A stretch of DNA of 60,655 nt, filler included, from Dugesia japonica (taxonomy: Eukaryota), in NCBI GenBank assembly GCA_001938525.1. It is 6 parts of 6 records of this genome, joined end to end, with 100 filler letters (N's around TTAATTAATTAA, not from the genome) between each part and the next. Parts side by side here need not be neighbours in the genome. Positions count along the whole stretch, not along the records: positions 49,575 to 60,655 come from MQRL01602559.1; 5 more parts are not named here. One strand, written 5' to 3'. Under the pieces are notes generated by a model. It had not been told where the DNA came from. It worked only from the letters and a program-made list of their open reading frames with translations, and did no database searches. Within the stretch, counting starts at the first letter, position 1; each line of letters begins with the position of its first letter. A program made the translations under genes and the position numbers. Below are positions 50,471 to 60,655 of this stretch, piece after piece.

Positions 50471-52688
50471 AATNAAGCATATTAATTATTAAAGTTATCT
50501 TTGTCGTTTTTGTGCTATATAATTTAATCCTCTCTTCTTTAATTTACTCATAATTTCACTTATTGTATTTAAATATTTGTTATTGATTTATTCTAACACA
50601 GCATTTTTTACTAAACTATTCATCAATTTTTAGGCTTTTTCTGTTTGTCTTGATATATTTTGTTCTGTGAAAAATTTCTTTATTTTACATAAATGATTGT
50701 GGGTGTTGTCATTTATCTGAAACTGTTTGTGAAATATAGTACTTCTCTGAAGGAATTTAAGAAATTCTTTGAAAACTTCTCTTGAGACCAAAGCAAGTTA
50801 ATAAGCAATACAAAAAAATACTTTCAAAAACACAGATTAGATGTGACGTAATATGTTAATTAATTCAAATTAATACTATCTATTTCTACATTTATTCTGT
50901 TTCAAGTTACCTAAAAATCATATGACTTAAAAGAAGGAATATAACACATCTTAATAAATAAAAGTTCTGACACAATCTTATTTTATGATACAATAGGATT
51001 ACAAAATTTATCCTTCATAGTTAATATAACAAAATACTTAATTGATTTCAATTTTAAGGTACAAGGAAAAATATGATTATTATTAAAATATATAACTAAG
51101 TTAAACCACGCAAGTATAGTCCAGTTTCTTTTAGAAATTTAGTTAAAAAACGAAGATTTAACACACTTTCAATGTAAACGAATAAAGTTTATGTGAAAGC
51201 GCATTATAATAAAAAAAAACACTAGAAAATAAAAGAACAAATTTTTCAAAAAAGTTTGAGGATTTTTAGTTTTTGGAAAATTCTTTGTTTGCTTGGAAGA
51301 AATGGCAAATCAGTGCAATTCAGATTGTGGTTCTGTATTTTATAAATATTTACCTGTTTGAAAAAAAATTGCTAGTAGAATATGGTTTGGTGTAAATAGT
51401 TATAGCATAATAACGGAAATAAATATTCTGTTAAACTCAGAATTACTGATATCAGTTACCTTGGATCAGTTTTTTAAAATTTATTACTGCAAACAACATC
51501 ACTCACGATAATGAAAATTGGTAGATGAGAAGAAAAGTTAACTTCAGGAAGAAGATATTACTTATTTGTTATCATTATTTATAAAAGTTTTTATACCAAT
51601 TATTTATACAATTTTTAAAGTAAACATTTAAGAACATTAACGTCTTAGTTTTAATAGAACTCACATAATATTTGGCCCAAGCAGTCTTCGATACTGTTTT
51701 TATGATACTATATTGCATTTTTATTTGCCAAAATTGTTAGATAAATTCCTACAGATATTCTTAAATGGTGTCAGTAACCAAAAGACAATCGCTTTCACTA
51801 GCATTTACTTGACAAGTTCTAATAATTATAATTCAAATTAGACGTTTCAATAGATATAAAATCAAAATTTTGAACATCCAACAATTATTTTCGCTATAAT
51901 TGTAATTGTAAAATCATATTTATTTATAAATTTGATGTGTTATGAAAGCCCAATCCATGTTAATTTTATGGAAACATTTCTAAAACATTTAAATTAGGAA
52001 TACATAATGTAAGTGATAGCACGAAGAATAATATAATGAAAACACTTTTGAAAATTTAGTATTTACACTTTAATAATTTTTTTTGTTTATTTTCAATCTT
52101 TAAGTATTTTCTTTTAAAGAATTTGATGTTGAATAAACACTTGTAAATTTGCTATGTGAGATTTCATGACAAATAACAACATATAAAGAGAAGCAGCAAA
52201 TTCTCTGAATCCTGAATTAAAAATCGATTATAATTAAATGAATTCTGGATTTGTCCTTTCAGATAGGTTCGTTTTAAATTTTAGTTTACCGAAATTTAAT
52301 TGAACGTGATGAATATATTTCAATCCATTTCCATAAAGTTAGCTTTCATTTTGTTAGACAGATAACATTTCCATTTGATTAAAGTGATTTGTGTCTGAAT
52401 AACTAATAAATTAATGAAACTAATTCAGAAGATTAAATTATATTAAAATATATTTCATACATAGAGGCAGAAGGAAGAAATTTAAGAGACACTATTCTCA
52501 ATTTGAAAGTGAAATAGTATAGAAAACGGATCATTTAGAGTGTGTCCAAAATGGAAATAAAATAGGGCAATTACATGACTTTAAACTATAAAAATATCCA
52601 ATAAAAGTTATCAAATTAAAAATCAAAAATAAAACCAGTTAAAAGTTTGTTTATTTGCACAAATATTTATTTATTCTCACTATCGTAC

Positions 52689-52699
52689 TTGGCGCGAAA
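52689..52699 (-). promoter_or_regulatory. Consensus E2F site TTTCGCGCCAA
   Basis: ttggcgcgaaa in otherwise CpG-poor AT-rich DNA. Confidence 0.35.
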
Positions 52700-54401
52700 T
52701 AAAGATTTACATATGGAAATCGAGAACGGTAGGTTACTGATTATTTAGTATTTAAAAAAAAGAGAAATTCTAATGAATCTTGTGAAAAAATTCCAATTAT
52801 ATCATATCTTTTAAAAGGATTAAATAAATCAATTATTTTTATTGATTTATTCTAAATATTATCTAGAAATTTTGGAAATTTTTTTCTGTATAAAACGTTA
52901 TTGATTAATATTAATTGAAATTAAACCGTAAATTTTATACATAACCTAGAAAGTTTAATCAATAAAATGTTTGAAAAATAAAAAGTTAAATTTGAATCAA
53001 AATCTATTTTTATTTTTATTAAAATAAATTAAATTAGTAACTGGTATTTATAGCTAACAGGAATGCTATAGTTTTTAGTAATTATTTTTATAGTTTATTT
53101 TAAAACCCGGATTTTTATAATTCACAGCCTTTTGTATTGCTGCCATAATTATTTTAAATAATTTAAGCTAAAAATTTTTAATATATTGATTATTGGTATT
53201 TATTTTAAAATTTATTCACATTGATAAATTAATATTAATTTATTAGAATTGATATTATTACATTAAAATAAAAGCTTCGATCAAATTNNNNNNNNNNNNN
53301 NNNNNNNNNNNNNNNNNNNNNNNNNNNNNNNNNNNNNNNNNNNNNNNNNNNNNNNNNNNNNNNNNNNNNNNNNNNAGGTCGAAAATTCGAAATACTATCA
53401 AAAACAGAAATAATTTGATCGAAGCTTTTATTTTCATGAAATCTCAAAAACAATTATTCTCGCAATAATTGTAATTGATATTATTATTACTTTAATTGAG
53501 AGCACTTAAACTATAACGATCTTAGATATATCTTTATGGTTAAATCTGATTTCGTCGAATTTCTGCAAATTATTAATAATAATAATTTCAATCATTTCTG
53601 TTTAAAAAGTGGCAATATTCTTTAAAAAAAGATTTAACGCCTGTTTTAAGTATATTACATTTGATTAATAGTGGCAAGTATGAGTCGTTTCATTCAAATA
53701 TAAATTTAAAGATTAAAAAATTTTGGACAAAAATTTTTCAATTAGTATTATTTAAGAATAATTTACTAGATAATTATAACTTAGTTTTTAAAAAATTATT
53801 TGTTAATTACTACCGAGAAAACAAATCATTTTCTAAATTAATCGTTTGTATGAATTTGGTTAATTCCTAGAAGACTTTAAGTAAGATTTTTACGAGTTAT
53901 TTTAAATTTATGAGCCACACATGGATTAGTATAGATATAAATAAATTAATATTAAACTGTCGTTATTAACAATAATTTTTTAAATAATTGATTATTATTT
54001 GATAATATAAAGTCAATATATTATTTACAAAAAATGTATATAAATAAATACCTGGAATTTATTTAAAAAAATATCCATTATCAATAATTTTTTTACGAAA
54101 TTTATTTGCAAATATACATGAATCAATAATGAAATGTTAGTCTGCTTTCAGGTTACTTCTCTGTTAATAGTGTTTTTGAATTATTGGATTTCCTTAATTA
54201 TATAGGTTTCGTAGATTTTGCACACTAATTTACTATGGGCACAATCGTATTTATTATGAGTAGTTAGTTTGTTTACCGACTAAACTAGTTATTGATTCCA
54301 GAACAGTAGCAAAGTAAGGAATAATTTCAAATTTTTTAACTTTTCGATTACTTTTTGGGTTTTCTTCATTTTTAGAATTTCAGATAAACTTTCGTTTAAC
54401 T

Positions 54402-55912
54402 ATGAAAAAATTTTTCAAATTATCAGCTTTAACTAAACCAGCTTCTTTTATTGCTTCGAAACTTGGCAAAAAGAAGCATTCGGTTAAAGATGATTTTGAA
54501 GAAGTTTCGGAATTACCTGACTTAGACCTTAAGGGTGATAGTATTTTTGAGGAAAATGTTATACAACAAGCAAGTGCTCCTGTTGATGAATCTTTAGTTG
54601 ACCCTCTGAAAAAGATGGACATATTAGAAAATCGTAATCCAGGTCTTACATTATTAATAAATCAGTCTGACGAAACATTTTCTTCTCCTTCATTTGATCC
54701 TTACTTTGAAAGTTCACAAATTAAAATTCCAGAACCTGTATCATTAAACGTTTCTTCTGTTAGCACTGTAAAATATTACGAAAAACCTGAAAGAAATTTA
54801 ACATTACTGGGCAAAAAAGCAAAAAAAATCGAAGAGGATGGTTAGGCTGTTAAAATTTTAATGAATTTTCTTTAAACAAACCAATAAAATTTTTAATCCA
54901 TTTTAGATATTATGCAGAAAAAAGTCGATGAATTGGAAAAGGTTTCAGAAAAGCAGGCAAATGAAATAAATGAACTAAAATCGATATTAACCGACTGCTT
55001 AGTTCGAATCACCAATCTCGAAGGTGGTTCAAAAACAACTAAGGAGAAAAGTTCCCCAACTCCAAATTCATTGAAAATTACGTCACCAAAAGGTAGTTTA
55101 TTCTAGTATAAGAGGATTACTATGTTTTCCAGCAAAAGATGTTCAATTACGAAAATCAATGGTGAGTCCCAGAACTCCAGTAAAAGCTACAAGATTGTCA
55201 GGAACACCTACTCGTAGAAGCACAAGTGATTTGGCTAAGTAATTATTAATCTTTTTGATTAATCTGTAATTAATTGTTTTGTCAATAATGAAAATTTTAG
55301 ATTTAAAGTTTATAATATGAAATAATGTCAATAAAACTTTTTATCTATTGATTATGATTGAAAGAGATAATTCTATCTAAAAAATTACGTGGGTTTGTAT
55401 GTAAATGAGAAATAAATCACTAACAGTATAATGTTGAATATTTTTTTTCTTTAGTCAATATTTAGCGATAATCTCAACATTTCAGTTTAATTTAACAAAT
55501 CTAATAGAAAATAATGAAATTGACCATGAGATTTAACAATCCTTACTCTACAATTAAAATAATTTCCAATACTAACCATAAATTGAGGCATACAATTTGA
55601 ATGTCATTTTAAAAAATTTACATCTGATACTTTATCAATAATTTTTTAAAAACGAAAATACTTGTAACCAATTTTCTCAGTCTATAATTAATTTTAATAG
55701 GAAGAGATATTATTAAATATAGCTATTTTCAAGAAAATTTTGAATATTGAACTTGATTAATGAGCTTTATAGAAGATCGAAAACACTGCCCATATTCAAA
55801 AGACCCTGGAAACCACCAGGAGGTTTGATTATATGTCCAATTATTATTAAAAGGGGAAATTTGAACAGATCGAAAAGTCTTGATCAACAAAAGCAAGTTT
55901 TGCTTGCTTATG
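54402..55912 (+). CDS. EML/EMAP-like protein N-terminus: exons 54402-54840, 54907-55092, 55133-55238, 55773-(55822 or ~55912); 3' end unresolved
   Basis: Phase-consistent GT-AG introns of 66, 40 and 534 nt. KVDELEKVSEKQANEINELKSILTDCLVRITNLE resembles the EML trimerisation coil (EML4 RLSALESRVQQQEDEITVLKAALADVLRRL), followed by a basic SP/TP-rich region. Confidence 0.65.
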
Positions 55913-55959
55913 AGGTTTTGGTTTTATTTTTAATGATTAGAAATTAGTGGGTTATAATA

Positions 55960-57227
55960 TTAGGTGTATGCAATAATTTTTAAAGCTTGAAAATTGATTG
56001 TCTTAATAGTATTATATTAAATCGATCAAAATTTTTGCCATCCTTCTGTCAAATAAACATTATCTAACTATAATTTTCAGTATGCTTCATTTATAAATAA
56101 TGTTATAACTTTTTCATTTTAAGTATTGATTATGTCGAAATTTATCCCAAAAAAGCAATTTGCAGGAAACTTTGGTTTTTTGCTTCTATTTGTAAAAGAT
56201 TATCATGGGAAGTCAACAAATGCTGTCAGGAGCATATGGTGATTGCAGTCCTTCGATTTAAACGTTTCTAAACGTGATGTATTTGACACCGATAACTAGA
56301 AACATCCAGGATAATCAAAAAAATTGAAGATATGAAATTGGAAGTTTTAATCGACCAAGACTAAATGCAAAAAAGACTTGCAGAATCATTATATGTTAAT
56401 CAACAACCCAGTCAACAATCTCTAGGCGTTTGAAGATTATGAGAATAATTCAAAAGCAAGAAAATTGGATCCTGTATTAGTTGAAGCCGAGATACGTGGA
56501 AAGGTGTTATATGATTTAGGAAATACTTCTTCAAAGACACTAAAAAAAACTACTTACATTGTATCATCACAGGTGATGAAAAATAAATACGATTCAATAA
56601 TCCGAAGCGTATGAAATCGTGATGCATACTAGGCGAATCATTAAAGCGATTGCAAATCCAAATATCCATAGCACCAAACTGATTCTCTGCATTTGGAGGG
56701 ACCATGTGTCATAAGTATATTATAAACTGCTCAAACCCAACGAAACCATCCTGTGAAATTATGCAAACATCAATTAATGCAAGTAAGTAGAGCATTAAAG
56801 GAAAAACGCCCAGATTGCAAGAAAAGGCATGACAAAGTAAATCTTACAGCATGATAACGCTCGTCCACATACTGCAAAAATTGTCAAAAACACATTAGAA
56901 GTACTTAAATGCGAAGTCATACCACACCCGTTACATTCCCCAGTTATTGCTTCTTTGGATTTCAATCTATTTCTATCGATGATACCCAGTCTGAGCAGCG
57001 CTTCCACTTCAATGAGGGTACCAGAAAATCGGTCGAATCGTGGATGTTGCGTTCTTTCGCCGTGGAATTCACTGTTTAATAGAAAGATGGGGGAAAGTAG
57101 TGGACAGTGATGGACAATATTTTGAATGAGATATTTGTAATAATTTTTTATATTTGAACCGTATTTATCTACTTTTTTTGAAAAGAATTCTGTATCACAA
57201 CCCTTATAAATAATTGCATACACCTAA
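55960..57227 (+). mobile_element. Full-length but dead mariner element (1.27 kb)
   Basis: TA|ttaggtgtatgcaata ... aattgcatacacctaa|TA; MSKFIPKK, ITGDEK, LQHDNARPH, HPLHSPVIASLDF; many stops. Confidence 0.93.
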
Positions 57228-57655
57228 TAATATTTATAAAATGCTTATTTTAACCAGTAAAAATTATTGAAAAATTTTCAGTTTTTATAGAGATTTTTAC
57301 AAATTACTCAAGTTCGTACAATAAACTGATTAGTCATCGTTGCATGTTTACGCATATTTTTTATTAATATTAATTTACTCAATCATTAATAATAATGAAT
57401 GTGTGAAATCAGTTTTCTTATTGAAATTTCTCATAATTGTGTGAAGTTTTTTGTTTNNNNNNNNNNNNNNNNNNNNNNNNNNNNNNNNNNNNNNNNNNNN
57501 NNNNNNNNNNNNNNNNNNNNNNNNNNNNNNNNNNNNNNNNNNNNNNNNNNNNNNNNNNNNNNNNNNNNNNNNNNNNNNNNNNNNNNNNNNNNNNNNNNNN
57601 NNNNNNNNNNNNNNNNNNNNNNNNNNNNNNNNNNNNNNNNNNNNNNNNNNNNNNN

Positions 57656-57716
<61 letters not shown>

Positions 57717-57727
57717 CAATAATAATA
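57656..57727. repeat. (AAT)n microsatellite
   Basis: Direct reading; extends into a gap. Confidence 0.95.
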
Positions 57728-57789
57728 AAAGTGACAGATAATAAATATCCATAAAAAAAATGAATCGCTTGAATCAGAGCTTGGGGCAT

Positions 57790-58900
57790 TGATAAAAAAA
57801 CCATAATCCGTGTGAGCACCCTGTGACTATCTTTATAGCTCCCGAAAATTATGAGGGCTTGCCTAATTTTTGCAAGAGATGAGTATTCCTTAAAATCTCC
57901 TGTAAAGCATTCAAAATGCTTGCATGCCAAGATGAGATGTTGCCAATCATGACCTGTGGCTACTTAACATATGAAACTCTTAAATCTGTTCGATTAACGA
58001 ATCACTGAGCTGGCTCTCTTTTAATACCAACAAATTAAAACTCAAAAACTAGTGGTCCAAGGTTCATGATGCAATGGCATATCTAAATCGTGAGCTTTTG
58101 TTACAAGTGTAATTTAAGCGAAATGAACTGGGAATTTGCTTGCAGGTTATCGATTGAATCAATGAAGGAAATTATATAATTTCCTTNNNNNNNNNNNNNN
58201 NNCATGTCTTTTAAATTGGAAACACACTAGGAAGTGAAATGACTTGTTTAAAAATGGTGCAATTTCCATTGCAATTGCCTTATCCCATTTTTCTACTAAA
58301 CCTTTGTTTGATGGTTTTCAAAAACTTGAGCATTGGCGGCTCATCCATAGGGTAAGAACAAACACCAGTGATGTATGTAGCAATTAGGGTATGCGTTTTA
58401 AATGCTGCAGGAAGTTTTCTTACCATTTGGAAACTCAAGAGCACATTTTTTGTCAATGTGCACTCTCATCAGCATTCTGCACAGAACGCCACAATGATGT
58501 GCTTGAGTTGCTTGCTAAGTTTTTAGAGCCAATACAAGTTTCAAAGTCATTATTGATCGGACCTGTGATCTTGTTAACAGGATTGATCATGTCGACTTGT
58601 AGTTTATATGAATAAGCATATTATCCTACTAGATGTGATGACCTCTTACAACAAATCAATAATCTAAAATTAGCGAGGAATACAAACAATTCAAGGAGGA
58701 TATTCAGAAAAACTTTCCAAATTAGAAAATCCTCCTTGAGACGATCTCAGTATTGTTTCTGGGATCATGGTGTGTTTAAAATACATTCAAACATGTTGGG
58801 TTCCGCAAAAATGTGATTAGGAAATATGCTCTTATCTCGATCAGGAAATGCATAACCTGGCCGAGTAGGAAATGGAGTTTCCACAACGGACAGGCTGGCA
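57790..58900 (+). mobile_element. RLE-type non-LTR retrotransposon relic (R2/R4/NeSL group), 3' part
   Basis: HRVRTNT..CCRKFSYHLETQEHIFCQC (CCHC knuckle)..ERHNDVLELL, then IILLDV-like endonuclease remnants. Confidence 0.75.
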
Positions 58901-60655
58901 CTCTTGAGATTGAAGAAATTCAATTGGAGTAGAGCCGGATTGTCTGATGTAGAAGTTAATTAGGGTTTCCAAAATTTCACACAATTTTCTTGCGCACATT
59001 TCTTATTTCTTCTCTTCGTTTAGTTTGACAGCTTTACGGTGGCCGAACCTGGATATGATTAAGCCTGGGGAGGATTTTCTAGCCTGCAAGAATGCTTTGT
59101 TTATCGCGACGTGTTAAATTCTTGTAGTTCACAATTGTGAAAGTTAGAATGAACAATATATTATAGTGATTGAATAACTAACAAAATAAATTAACGAATA
59201 TTTTCTCGAACAATTTATTTATCCAAATAAAGAACACAAATTTATGTAACGAATCAGTTATAGAACTAAAAAAACTAAATAAAAACCAAATTTTTAAACG
59301 ATTTATATAATCAATGAACAATTATACATTAAAATAAAATAAATTAAAAATTTTGGTCACAACTCAAATCATAAACATTTTTGATTTTGATTTTTTAACT
59401 ACATCTGTTTCAAAATTTTAAATGTAAATTTATGCAAAAGAAATTTTAATCAATAATTATATTAACAGTTTAAATTTTTATCAAAATATTCATTATAACA
59501 AGAGTTTTAATGTTTTATAACTGGGAAAAATACATTACATTTAATCATTGGGCTTTTATTTTAATATTTGAAAATTATGCAAAAAGTTTTAATTATATAT
59601 ATTTCGTTACAATTTGAAGAATAATCATTTTAGGAACACCAGGAGCGATAACTTGAAATCATAATTTAACACCATTGGAAAATAAATGAATTTCCAATTG
59701 AATATTTTTAATTTTCATATTACTTGATTTTTAATAAAAATATTTGGATGAAATATTCTCATCTATTCAGTTTTCAATAAATTCCAATTAATTTATTACT
59801 CGTTAATAAGTTAAAAATTGTTTATAAAGCCTCAATTCTTATGCTAATTTCATGAAAATCAATTTTCTATCAACTCAAGATTATTTTTATCTTCTAAAAC
59901 ATTATGATCGGCAAACGTTTTTGTTACGTAGATTCCCCATTAAAATTAATTAAAATTGAGGTAACCAAAATTTAACGAGTTTTTATGTTGGGCTACTTTA
60001 ATAGATTTGTAAGAATTAATTTCNNNNNNNNNNNNNNNNNNNNNNNNNNATTTTAAACTGATGAGAATTTTAATTTTATAGATTTATTTTTTATATTGAT
60101 AATAACAACCATTCATGATGGTCGTCATGGAAATATTTTAATAAAATTAGGTCAAAATAGAATGAATAATCATTGCTAATAATATTTGTTTGCATGCGAA
60201 CAGATAACACACATGTTATTACTTCATTATGAATTATTCCATATATATTGACTGATCCAAATTCCGCGCTGCAACTATTTTCTGTCAAGCAATATATTTG
60301 ATTGATATGGTTGGTTGCTTTTATTGTGCTGAAATAGTTCTTTCCAAATATTAAATATAAATAGCAAATCGATTTAAACTGCTGATTTGATGAAATTGAG
60401 CAATTAATCTTACGATTTTGGTTAATCTTACGATTAAATTGGTTACGATTTGGTTTGCGAACTTTGCCTTACAATTACTGATTACAATTACTTGTTTAAA
60501 TCGGTGCGTGTGCTTATTTTCTTTATCTAGATAACGAGTTTTTGTGATTTTACAATTGAAAAACTTTAAACAATGGTTAACGTATTTTGTAAATTTATTA
60601 ATGGATTTCATTTCAAGTACATAGTTCTACTTCAATAATTGTCGATAGTAAAATG

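Noticed and set aside
55823-55853. 31-nt intron in the EML-like gene
   Set aside because: Splicing it shifts the frame to an immediate stop while read-through stays open; left unresolved.
57375-57930. Poly-I/N/Y/L ORFs (also 13005-13238)
   Set aside because: Microsatellite and N-gap artefacts.
60091-60611. Two minus-strand ORFs at the window end
   Set aside because: Different frames, no recognisable domain and no convincing splice join.

Overview
AT-rich eukaryotic (metazoan-type) genomic DNA with very short introns (about 38-66 nt). It is not one locus: five artificial 100-nt spacers (44 N + TTAATTAATTAA + 44 N; cores at 8979, 19725, 30726, 40998 and 49519) join six probably unrelated ~8-11 kb scaffolds. 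Host genes: (1) a Ki-67 (MKI67)-like gene on the minus strand, with an FHA domain, a PP1-binding RVxF module and a long, non-canonical charge-block repeat array; (2) a spliced gene with an EML/EMAP-like trimerisation coiled coil; (3) two exons of an SDR16C-type dehydrogenase, possibly damaged; (4) the 3' part of a small membrane-protein gene. The rest is mostly decayed mobile DNA: three relic Polinton/Maverick (adintovirus-like) protein-primed DNA polymerase B genes, about six AGTAG-initiated Polinton-type termini, Ty3/Gypsy, mariner/Tc1, MULE, Helitron, hAT MITEs and an RLE-type non-LTR relic. The best leads are the Ki-67 repeat architecture and degenerate FHA, the Polinton-like system (tandem pPolB paralogs with AGDTD motif C, a SUMO/SIM array, a fold-back terminus and an X-box-rich end), and an unexplained ~340-nt hairpin-rich island at 47690-48030. 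All calls come from motif recognition by eye; no searches were run.
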